From: an uncultured virus (IMG/VR IMGVR_UViG_3300044679_000029)
Taxonomy: Duplodnaviria; Heunggongvirae; Uroviricota; Caudoviricetes
DNA length: 64,000 nucleotides
Virus record (IMG/VR): IMGVR_UViG_3300044679_000029
Span: 53,102-117,101 of that record
Strand: one strand, 5' to 3'
Positions 20,501 to 28,622 of this stretch are shown here, in pieces; the first letter of the stretch is position 1, and each line of letters opens with the position of its first letter. The notes under the pieces are model-generated. The model was not told the DNA's origin. It saw only the letters and a program-made list of their open reading frames with translations, and searched no databases. Made by a program: the position numbers and the translations under genes.

Positions 20501-21807
20501 GTAGTTCCTGCTGGAACTGTTAGCGTCTGTCCGGTTAGATACGCGTTATTCGTAGCTGTGGTAAACAAGGCGTCATACCCACCAATCGGGCTGGTTGCTG
20601 ACCCTGAAACCGGATTAGGTAGAACTTCACCACTTGCTAAAATAAGTTCGCCGTTTAAAGCAACTTTAGCAATCGGTATTGCGTACTCAATAAGATTTGT
20701 AAACTGCGAAGTATTAACGATGCTAGCGGCAGTAACAGTCGTTCCGCTTGTAGGCAAAGACGTCTGAAAAGGATATACGCTGACGCTATAAACATTCGAA
20801 CCAAGTATCGAAGCGTTAGCAATAAACGAGACGGCTTGGGGCACAACTTGGGTGCGACGGTAATCCCAATTACCGAACATGATAGCCAAACCATCACCGA
20901 CTTTTAAGGGATTAGTCGAACCGTTAAAAGGAGAACTGCCGATGATAGAAAGACTACTAGCAAGAATATCGTGTCTTTCGGCGTCGAAACCGCCAGATAG
21001 TGTAAACGTTAGAGACGTGGTGACCGACGGATTTGGAAATACGAGATCAGTACCGGTGAACGACCCAGATGGATCTGGGTCGTTTCCAGATGTAACAGTA
21101 ACAAGACCAGTTGACTGGCCGACGAGTGGCGCTGCTGACAGTGCAGCTGCTACGGTATCCCACGTAGTAGCTGGTCCGGCTGTAACATTAATTATATTTT
21201 GAAGAAGTGACGAGCCGCCGATATCTACTGGTACGCCAACAATATACCCACCGCTTAAAGATGGTGCCGATGCACTAGAACCGGCGACAGAAGAATAAGT
21301 TAAGACTAGTTGTATTGTATTACTGCCATGCATTTCTAGCCAGTTAGCCGCTAATGCAATGCCATTAGATTGTGAATACCCGGCGTTATAACACACTACG
21401 CCGGCTAACGTATTTACGGCCGGAGAGTTTATGGGCTCTATATGTAGGGTTGAAGTCGGATTACCGTCCTGGCCTTGGTCGATCCAAACGGCACCTGAAC
21501 CATTAATACCGGTATTTGGGGAACCGCTAACATAAGGACCATCCCAATAAATAGAAGCTGCTACACCAGATGCACCGTCTAAGCAATAAGACAATCCGAG
21601 GTTATCAGTTATAATTGCCTCATGGTCATTTAAGAATTTACGAATTACTTCTGTGCGGTTACGAAGATTTTCTGTATCCCGATTAAGAGCTGCCGCATTG
21701 ATCGGGTCCACGCCGTCTTGCATCGGTTGAATAGACGCCGGAAGATCCTGGCCGGTGTCTGTCACACCGACTATTACAGGGATTATTTCATAATTTACTG
21801 GCATCAA
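17578..21807 (-). CDS. Tailspike / tail fibre with right-handed beta-helix
   Basis: 1409 aa; N-terminal LNRDTENLRNRTE anchor; many ITGN/ISGN/FTGN/FxNC parallel beta-helix repeats. Confidence 0.75.
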   Translation of the reverse strand: MMPVNYEIIPVIVGVTDTGQDLPASIQPMQDGVDPINAAALNRDTENLRNRTEVIRKFLNDHEAIITDNLGLSYCLDGASGVAASIYWDGPYVSGSPNTGINGSGAVWIDQGQDGNPTSTLHIEPINSPAVNTLAGVVCYNAGYSQSNGIALAANWLEMHGSNTIQLVLTYSSVAGSSASAPSLSGGYIVGVPVDIGGSSLLQNIINVTAGPATTWDTVAAALSAAPLVGQSTGLVTVTSGNDPDPSGSFTGTDLVFPNPSVTTSLTFTLSGGFDAERHDILASSLSIIGSSPFNGSTNPLKVGDGLAIMFGNWDYRRTQVVPQAVSFIANASILGSNVYSVSVYPFQTSLPTSGTTVTAASIVNTSQFTNLIEYAIPIAKVALNGELILASGEVLPNPVSGSATSPIGGYDALFTTATNNAYLTGQTLTVPAGTTYEQIQDLAADINGLIAATIGVAQLTDPTSPPVLGNIPPGALQATLTDVYNGVCENALTTFEAVQNIGNYFTQGAVQYTSPTLTCTTPLSAFIQGTYYSVVTPSPLTLTPSSTPAGTIVFHDGTMFLREAASFNPNQDVYIGYWNGTNYYGPGQTGTSGSVCANGWSMGTGQPIKVGDGTGTEMNFSKLDDAFAFLESINKAGIAALSPNQVQELWVYNGAAAFGSTSGATSKVLSNIHIVGKQSSTTENLVEIAISNANYITLSLGNCIVENVSFCVDSVGSSASQFVAASPATDTHWLQVQSSRLVYCTFDGYAAGGTFTTPVAVSEYESNCRTEFVHCTFMNSTDAAVAIKATMGTSLDHSSDACDFATVFDGCSFENVCSSPSSTANGAILVGTALVASAIVDKCHFANIGAYCLSAYTAAGSNSLYFTNCYLEDGVGGAVISTSATSPIVFINNVQLVDAQPETFITPIFQLLSDNSVATISNCNIQLNRQAAAVVATCESIAITNCTLSNTANGATGARNPSLVVLECPANVSNSNISWGAPSGVTWIEANCYLLEVLGGGTFTGNTISSVATQTNGSPTGSIGTAPSPLCYLNSSGLTTFTGNTVYNSQKINLSGSWTLGSNPYAIMSCGVYWHGLGDVSITGNVFQVEAPVWSLVGGSQGSGYGVMAGVFVDTPSASDGTITISSNNFIGTLGGYTITTYPCVDHTGVYLGGNLVTGANNITATISGNQFSLFQNGGILGMWSNEVNNICNIMISGNSFFNTGSEAVVLTYPSPPSAPLFIGTVSSAACYISGVSVVNNSFMNSVGYSYIYIPADKLLTVAAFTGTSSCNFSGNYIDATCTGLVSFFNSRENILVANNVINAGPAITIYSGSGTTHYSQAIIDASTGAITTPYATGTPVVSILFSSDSSLALSGDENISITGNMTASPGFYDDNNITYLTNYVWPILPPSNLATGGPLYLAPNTII

Positions 21808-21853
21808 AACCTCGTTACAGTAAGTATAGCAGCCGCTTTATTTTTAGCCAAAA

Positions 21854-23599
21854 TTAAGTCGGGAATAGGTCACTGAAGCAAAATGTATAACTCGGTTTTC
21901 CGGCCAGGATGACATCTTGGAACTGTGCATTAGTGAATGCTAGCCCAGCTGTAACTGTTGCGGAATCTACAACGATTTCAAATGAGTTCCATTTGATATA
22001 TCGATTAAATACCTGATAGGCGTAGTTATGATGTAACGGTGGCCTATTGGCCAGATTTGGTATAAAGCCGTCCTCATCAGCCCCGCAGATTAACCCTGGG
22101 TCGCCGCACACTGGAACGTCATAGACGTCAGGTAGTACGTAACCACTGTATAGTTCGTTGAAATAGTTAACATCTCCCGTGCCTGTTGAGTCTACTGGTA
22201 GTCCACAGATTAACGGGTAAAGATTTGGTGTAACCTGTGAACGGCCGGCCCAGAATGCCGCGAAGTTCGCGACGTCTGTTGGGCTATTAACCACGTTACC
22301 GGGTAATGGTGGAGGCGGTGCCAGTGTCAATAAATTAGGTGGAATATTTTGATCATACCACCACGTTGGGTCATTAACATAATCGTTGACGGTGAACGCC
22401 GAACTGAATGGTTCAAATGCTTGTAAAGGGAATGGTGAAGGTGGAATAGCCGTAATAGCAGACTGTATATCAGCGCGCAGCGGCATAGCTGAGTTAAACG
22501 GCCCATATACGTCTAAGTTAGTCGTGAGTATCCCTGTAACAGAGTCGTATGACAGTGCTACCTCGCTATCTGAGGTCGCTACAGGAAAACCATTCATAAC
22601 ATTAAGCGCAGCTTCCATACGCGTTACAGCTGGGCCTAACATGAAGTATTGAAACACGCCCTGGATTAAAAGCTTATAGGTTTCAGACGAGGGTTGAAAA
22701 ATTCCAATCAGAGAGCCAAAATTATTAGCTAACCAAAACTCATCGATTTGGGCGTCTGGTGCCCACATACTTATTTGGGCGACTGTGGGCGCGCTTTGAA
22801 GAGACCACTGAACACCAACTGTCGGTTGTAGAAGTACGTTCTGTCCGGATACGAACGATAAAGTACAGTCGTTCTCGTCTGTGACTGTCGCTATAGCATA
22901 CGTGCCGGATACGTTATTGACTGTAGAAGTCAACTGAAGCTGATGTGTCGTGTCATATGGCGTCAATTCAATGCTGTCTGAATGAAAGACATTTGACGCG
23001 GTAGAGGGCAAATTACCAACGATACCATCGCCACCAGTTTGATATACAACTGGAACTATGTTTACTTCGTTATATGGAACGCCAGCGACTACTGAACCAT
23101 TGTTAGCAGTAAACGGGTCGGAAAAGAATTGTATGTATGTAGTCTGCTCGGTTCCAGAGGGATCTACTTCCTGTAGTAATACATAATCTAATCCGTATTC
23201 CCAGATGACGTTTGGACCAAATATTTGATTATATAGGTATTTAATGTCTACGATATTATCAGGAAGTGCGATGTTATATGTCGCTGCGCCGGGACCAGTG
23301 CCCCACGGTGAACTTCCGCCCCACGGATAACCACCACCCCATACTGGGGTTCCTGTGTACGTAACTTCAACTTGCGCCTGGTTAAACACTAAGTTTTGCC
23401 AGAGTTCCGTATGAAAAACAGGGCAATTATTTATAGATGAGGTAAGAACAGTTTCAAGCATATTAAGATATACTTGTCCTAATAGCTGCTCAGTTCCCTG
23501 AAAATAGCCATTTAACGTCGCCTGATCGGCGAATAATCTCTGCCAAAAAGTCGAGAGACCGGTCAATAGGTTTTGGGAGTTGTTACTTACAATAGCCAT
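21854..23599 (-). CDS. Baseplate wedge-like protein
   Basis: Located between the baseplate J-like and tailspike genes; NNFGSLIG...ETYKLLIQGV pattern. Confidence 0.6.
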   Translation of the reverse strand: MAIVSNNSQNLLTGLSTFWQRLFADQATLNGYFQGTEQLLGQVYLNMLETVLTSSINNCPVFHTELWQNLVFNQAQVEVTYTGTPVWGGGYPWGGSSPWGTGPGAATYNIALPDNIVDIKYLYNQIFGPNVIWEYGLDYVLLQEVDPSGTEQTTYIQFFSDPFTANNGSVVAGVPYNEVNIVPVVYQTGGDGIVGNLPSTASNVFHSDSIELTPYDTTHQLQLTSTVNNVSGTYAIATVTDENDCTLSFVSGQNVLLQPTVGVQWSLQSAPTVAQISMWAPDAQIDEFWLANNFGSLIGIFQPSSETYKLLIQGVFQYFMLGPAVTRMEAALNVMNGFPVATSDSEVALSYDSVTGILTTNLDVYGPFNSAMPLRADIQSAITAIPPSPFPLQAFEPFSSAFTVNDYVNDPTWWYDQNIPPNLLTLAPPPPLPGNVVNSPTDVANFAAFWAGRSQVTPNLYPLICGLPVDSTGTGDVNYFNELYSGYVLPDVYDVPVCGDPGLICGADEDGFIPNLANRPPLHHNYAYQVFNRYIKWNSFEIVVDSATVTAGLAFTNAQFQDVILAGKPSYTFCFSDLFPT

Positions 23600-25632
23600 T
23601 AGACCGCCTGAAACTGAATATCGTCAACGTTAAGGAGCGGCTGAACTGTGCGGCCAGAAATACCGAGTAGTGATGGATTAGAAATATAGAACGGGCTTGT
23701 AGAAGCCAGTTGAATATGATTCGTATCTATTAGCACGTAATCTGTTGTTTGATACGGTATTACGTTTCCGTTTGGGGCCCATAGGTCATAATTTACAGTG
23801 TAAAGTAAATTTGGAGTACCAGGGACATACGGGTAACACGATAGTAACATAGGGAAATTTGCTAGCACGAATGAAATTATATTCGACACGTGGAGAGTTT
23901 CACTTGCAGGAAACGTATTAACATAATTAACTATTGCCGTCGCGCACGCCTGCTCACTAAAGGCGCCCGCGTTAGCCGGGGGACTTGGATTCAAGGTGTA
24001 GCCCAATGTGAAATTTAGGTAGGCTGCGAATAGTCCCTTGGCTAAGATAGACGCTGCGGGATTCCTATTAAATTGATTCGTACAATACTCGTCTATGTCG
24101 CCGAAGTCAGCTATGGTGTCATACACAACCGTGATAGGATTTCCGTCTTGCGAATCATCGTTAGCTACATAAAGCAACACTAGTTGTTCGGCTGATGACG
24201 CCCACGCGGGAGTGCCGCAATATAAAGCATAATCATTTAGTCCAAGACTAAATGTGGGGGGGGCACCGTTTTGCTGGGTGTACGAAACAAGACCGTTAGT
24301 ATTAGCGAATGAACTAGTTGGGTCATAAACGTTTACAGACGAAACCTGATAAATTGGGGTCTGCGGCATTCCTACTGCGCCGGAGATAAACATTATATCC
24401 GTGCACTCGCCGTTTTCGTTAGACGAAAGGTTATTAATCTTGTCATAATAGTTTGGTGCTACTGCTCCAATGCTATACGGCAACCCAGATGTGATTTGCG
24501 GGAATGGTGAGAGCGGTGATATTTGAAGATAGGGGCCGTTTACGGACTGAACCAGATAAGAATACGTGGTGCTCTCGAATACGATGTTTAGGACGTCACC
24601 AAATACAATATTGCCGCCAATGGACGTTGAATTGAAAGTATTTCCGTTTGGTGTACCGTCTGAATTAAAGAAAGTACTATCGGTAAATATCGTAATATCG
24701 GGAGACGGATTGGTGAAGAAACCGCCGACTGTTCCAGTAAACGTTTGGTTGGGGGCTATAGTTCCGCCGACATATACGTCAACATTATCGCCGGCGTGTA
24801 TCAAGCCGATGGAGGACGCATCAGGTACTACGTCCCGTTGCATTTCTGGGTCGCCGTACGCTACCACGACCACTTCGCTAATCTGCGGGAAGTTGGTAGT
24901 TAGAGTTGTACTAATCGCACGATTTGAAGTCAGATCGCGGAGAGTTATAGCCGTTGGCGCTGCGGCTAGTAACTGTGAAGACGTTTCCGTGTCTAAGCCG
25001 CCCGTGAAGGTAGTAGTACTGACGATTTGTGTAATATACGGATTAAATGGAGTATAACTAAGAAATGTCGTTGGTTGAATATTGTACTGTACACCAACGC
25101 CAGTACTGATTACGGGGATGCTGCATTGATACTGTTGAATTACGCCCAGTGGGTTTACAATAGGAGTAAGTTGCGTAGACGGAATAAGAAGATTAGTGGT
25201 TGAGTTAAGTGTGAAAGATGTAGTAGCATTAGCATTAAACAACGCCGTAGGCGGAACTAACACGTCAGTGAGCTGACTCAGATAACAAACTACGAAACCG
25301 GTTGAGTTCTGTCCTGCCGTAGGTTGAACGAACAAGTTAGACATTAGAGCATTGACCGCGTTATCCTGGTCAGCTCCTGCCGGCATCGCTGCTACATTGG
25401 CGACACTTAATCCTTGCTGAATTGTCGTGATCTGATAATTAAAGTACGCTACGACGTATGAAATGGCGTTCACAGTTAGATCGTACAGTGCACTGCCCAC
25501 GGAGAAGTCGCCTTGTGGCAACGCGCTAGAGAGATACTGCTGCAAGAATGTATTAGCTGCGGAAAGATCGTCTGCGCTAATTGTGATAGTCTCCGCCGGA
25601 GTTGTTATGGTTTCTGGGTTTGTAGTAGCCAT
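23599..25632 (-). CDS. Baseplate J-like protein
   Basis: GSALYDL, GVQYNI, FTGGLDTET, YGDPEMQRD, VDVYV motifs. Confidence 0.75.
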   Translation of the reverse strand: MATTNPETITTPAETITISADDLSAANTFLQQYLSSALPQGDFSVGSALYDLTVNAISYVVAYFNYQITTIQQGLSVANVAAMPAGADQDNAVNALMSNLFVQPTAGQNSTGFVVCYLSQLTDVLVPPTALFNANATTSFTLNSTTNLLIPSTQLTPIVNPLGVIQQYQCSIPVISTGVGVQYNIQPTTFLSYTPFNPYITQIVSTTTFTGGLDTETSSQLLAAAPTAITLRDLTSNRAISTTLTTNFPQISEVVVVAYGDPEMQRDVVPDASSIGLIHAGDNVDVYVGGTIAPNQTFTGTVGGFFTNPSPDITIFTDSTFFNSDGTPNGNTFNSTSIGGNIVFGDVLNIVFESTTYSYLVQSVNGPYLQISPLSPFPQITSGLPYSIGAVAPNYYDKINNLSSNENGECTDIMFISGAVGMPQTPIYQVSSVNVYDPTSSFANTNGLVSYTQQNGAPPTFSLGLNDYALYCGTPAWASSAEQLVLLYVANDDSQDGNPITVVYDTIADFGDIDEYCTNQFNRNPAASILAKGLFAAYLNFTLGYTLNPSPPANAGAFSEQACATAIVNYVNTFPASETLHVSNIISFVLANFPMLLSCYPYVPGTPNLLYTVNYDLWAPNGNVIPYQTTDYVLIDTNHIQLASTSPFYISNPSLLGISGRTVQPLLNVDDIQFQAV

Positions 25633-25633
25633 A

Positions 25634-26152
25634 TTATGTTATCTCGATCCCGGGCGGTAGAGCATTCAATGTTGTTGGCGGTAGGAAGTCAAGCGGCAAA
25701 CCTAAGACCATTATTTGACCAGAGACAGACACAAGTTTGATATAAACGTCAAATCCACTGTTGTCAGTATTAAGTATTAAACTCGTGATATTCGCTCCGC
25801 CTAGCGCTTCATTAGGATCTGTCACCACGCCAGTTTGATAACCAATTATAGTGGCTGTAGTCTGGCTGACGCATGTTGTTAAGAAGTCTGCTAAGTCTGT
25901 GGAATTCGTGATGTTTGAAGAGAATAGCGCAGGAAACTGACTACCGTAGTTTTGGTCATTTAAATCAGTACCAGTCTGGGTCAATAAGCACTTAGTCCAT
26001 TTTAGCAGAGTTTTATAGAATCCTGTTGTTAGAGCAGACTTCTGTGTTGTGGTTCCCTGAACATTGCCGAATGTAAAATTAAATGTACCGGCGGGTGGAT
26101 TAGAACCTGGGACGGGAGTTACCTCAAGCAATAGATCATAAGTAGTAGCCAT
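25634..26152 (-). CDS. Baseplate wedge subunit, gp25-like
   Basis: KCLLTQTGTDLNDQNYGS motif; directly upstream of the J-like gene. Confidence 0.65.
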   Translation of the reverse strand: MATTYDLLLEVTPVPGSNPPAGTFNFTFGNVQGTTTQKSALTTGFYKTLLKWTKCLLTQTGTDLNDQNYGSQFPALFSSNITNSTDLADFLTTCVSQTTATIIGYQTGVVTDPNEALGGANITSLILNTDNSGFDVYIKLVSVSGQIMVLGLPLDFLPPTTLNALPPGIEIT

Positions 26153-26154
26153 GG

Positions 26155-27912
26155 TTATAATGCCTTGCCGTCGTTCCAGATACCCTTTATGAAGTCGAAT
26201 AATAATCCGACGACATTCGTCTGTGCTGGTATTTGGCTATCCGCTGTGGCCGTAGAATTTGTAATAGTATTAGAGCCATCTGCGTTATTCGTAGCGGTTG
26301 CATTCTGCGTCTGTGTTACTGCTGCTGAACTAAAATCACCGCGGTCGGCCGTACAAAGAAAGTTAGATCGGCTTTGAGCTTTTGCCAAATCATAGGCATG
26401 TAAAACTACAGCCTTATAGCCCTTGGTGCTGGCGTTAGCGACAGCACCAAGAATATTATTGACGGCCTGGTTAGTGGGTTGTGCCAATACATCTTGCGGT
26501 GGTAGGAAAACAGAATTAAAAGCTGCCGGGCTATTAGCGGGGTTCTGGATTTGTGAGAATAAATCTGCAAATGGGAATCCGCCAAGTGTAGGGTCCGCCG
26601 GAACTTTCGGATGGTCCCAGGTTGTCCACGGTAAAACTCTCGTGGGCGTCTGGGGAATATTCAATCCGCCTTCTGCGCTGCCGCACTGGTTTATGACTTG
26701 CGCTAAAGCCGCGTTCATAGCAGCAGTGACTGGATCGCCATATCGACCCTCTAATACGATATGAACACAACTGGCGTCTAGCACACTCACGTTACTCTGT
26801 GATGGGGGGAACGTCTCGTATAGAGGACCGTCGCTTAATGCCGTAGTAGTTAAAAGTTTATGCCGACGGTTATTACTACCAGACAGAGTGTCGGCGAGAT
26901 TGGCAAACTGTGTCAAGAAACTAATTTGATAGTTAGAAGACCCTACTGCAATATTTTGTGACGCGATGTAGGCTCGTGTCTGATGTAAAAATTTGCTTAG
27001 TTTTTTTGGTCCGCCCTGCACGTTGGTGTCGTACAACATGGCAAATGCCCGTTGCGACGTAAGACTACAGGTTTTTGCAAACGGTACGGCGGTATCAAAA
27101 TAGAGCTGTCTTGCTAGTGTTCGCTGCACTTTTTGAAACGGGGCATACTGACCCGCTGCCGAAAACTGCAACCGATAACCAGATAGATTAGTGGCTCGAC
27201 TAGTTATCACGGACTTATTTAATAGCGTTGGAGCGAGAGAACCAAAAATAGAATTAAATTCTACACTGCTGGATTGATTCATTGCAACGCAAAGATTATA
27301 CAAAGAACCTTTAATCTGGTTAAATTGAATAATACCGAATGCGATTCCATTATTATTATCGTTCGGATTAAACGCTGAGTACAGATTATCCCCGCCCTCG
27401 AACGATACTGTTAGTTCTATGATACCGTCGATCAAACCATCTGGTGTTAAGTCCATTGGGTTTGGTGGTGACTGCGGACCGAGTTGTAGGTAGTGAGCAG
27501 TATTAGCCAGGTCAACCATCTGAATGATGCTACCGTTATAGCCGATAGCGATGTGTGGAATAATTGGGTTTTGTGGTGTGTCTAAAAACGATTGAATGAC
27601 CGGTAGCAATGCCGCTTGCGAGATTGATGCGTTTGCTGTGCCAGCCCTGTTTAAAATAAAGTAAGTAGGCTGATACGACCCGCGTCCAGCGTCGTATTTA
27701 GCGCCTGGTGCGGCAGGGAAAAACTGTGCCGAAGTTAATACCTCACCAACAGTAATTTGAGACCCGACTGCCGGGGAAAGATTCTGGTAAGCTGATATAT
27801 TGCTGGCAGATAGTTGGCCCTGCTGAGCGATAAAGTTTTGAAAGCTCTGCGCAAAGCTGGCGCTAGCAGTCAAAGACTGGGACACTATAGCTGGAGGAGT
27901 TGCCGGTATCAC
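26155..27912 (-). CDS. Tail-associated lysin: degenerate amidase with inserted lysozyme-fold domain
   Basis: Amidase_2-like halves (PHIAIGYNGSIIQMVDLANTAH; CVHIVLEG...ADP..GFPF) flank FEGG..YSA..GIAFGIIQFN..AMLYDTNVQGG. Confidence 0.65.
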   Translation of the reverse strand: MIPATPPAIVSQSLTASASFAQSFQNFIAQQGQLSASNISAYQNLSPAVGSQITVGEVLTSAQFFPAAPGAKYDAGRGSYQPTYFILNRAGTANASISQAALLPVIQSFLDTPQNPIIPHIAIGYNGSIIQMVDLANTAHYLQLGPQSPPNPMDLTPDGLIDGIIELTVSFEGGDNLYSAFNPNDNNNGIAFGIIQFNQIKGSLYNLCVAMNQSSSVEFNSIFGSLAPTLLNKSVITSRATNLSGYRLQFSAAGQYAPFQKVQRTLARQLYFDTAVPFAKTCSLTSQRAFAMLYDTNVQGGPKKLSKFLHQTRAYIASQNIAVGSSNYQISFLTQFANLADTLSGSNNRRHKLLTTTALSDGPLYETFPPSQSNVSVLDASCVHIVLEGRYGDPVTAAMNAALAQVINQCGSAEGGLNIPQTPTRVLPWTTWDHPKVPADPTLGGFPFADLFSQIQNPANSPAAFNSVFLPPQDVLAQPTNQAVNNILGAVANASTKGYKAVVLHAYDLAKAQSRSNFLCTADRGDFSSAAVTQTQNATATNNADGSNTITNSTATADSQIPAQTNVVGLLFDFIKGIWNDGKAL

Positions 27913-28613
27913 TTCTTATCGCCCGCCTTTTGCATCTCTTGAATTCTAGTGACTAACTTCTTCTTGGCGTAATTTAACTGTCCTACATTCATCTCTAATT
28001 TTTTAGCTAATTGCTTGGCGTTTAACTTCTCTGCGCCACCGTATCCGGTTAGGTGCTCAAATAGTTTCTGGTCTGCAGGAGCTAAGCCGTGATAGATATA
28101 GACGATGTTTGAGTCGTCTTCAGCGTTACCCGAAACCGGCAAGGTAGTCAAGCTCTCGATATTCTCAGCGTGGCGAAAAGGTTGAAGCTTCTTGATTGAG
28201 GCTTGAGACCATGATAGATGATCAGCTAACTCGTCTATAGTTGGCTCCCGTCCGTGGTGGGCTTCGAGTTCTTTGGTCGCGCTGTTTAATGTATTGATTC
28301 GTAAAAGTGCGAGTTCCGGTATTCGCGCGAGGTTCTGACTTTCATAGACGATACGTGAAAGTTTTTGAAGACGGTTAGTAACGTGTGTACCTAAGGATGC
28401 GCCGAACTTAGGGTCATAAGAATGGAGTGCCTCGACAGCTAGGCGCCGAGCTTCTATAGTAAGCGGCACTGACGAAATGGCTCCGCTCCATCTACCGACT
28501 TCTTTTCCTATCAGAGGCGTTAAATTATCCAGCAGCGGAGACAAGTTTTTGGACGTAGGAGTCTTCTTCCACGTTTTCCACAATTCTACGTCTTTATCTC
28601 TATTTATTGGCAT
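27909..28613 (-). CDS. Sigma70-family factor (FliA/SigF-like), candidate late sigma
   Basis: EALHSYDPKFGASLGTH (region 2), ARIPE, GREPTIDELADHL (region 3), C-terminal HTH. Confidence 0.8.
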   Translation of the reverse strand: MPINRDKDVELWKTWKKTPTSKNLSPLLDNLTPLIGKEVGRWSGAISSVPLTIEARRLAVEALHSYDPKFGASLGTHVTNRLQKLSRIVYESQNLARIPELALLRINTLNSATKELEAHHGREPTIDELADHLSWSQASIKKLQPFRHAENIESLTTLPVSGNAEDDSNIVYIYHGLAPADQKLFEHLTGYGGAEKLNAKQLAKKLEMNVGQLNYAKKKLVTRIQEMQKAGDKK

Positions 28614-28622
28614 ATAGTAATT

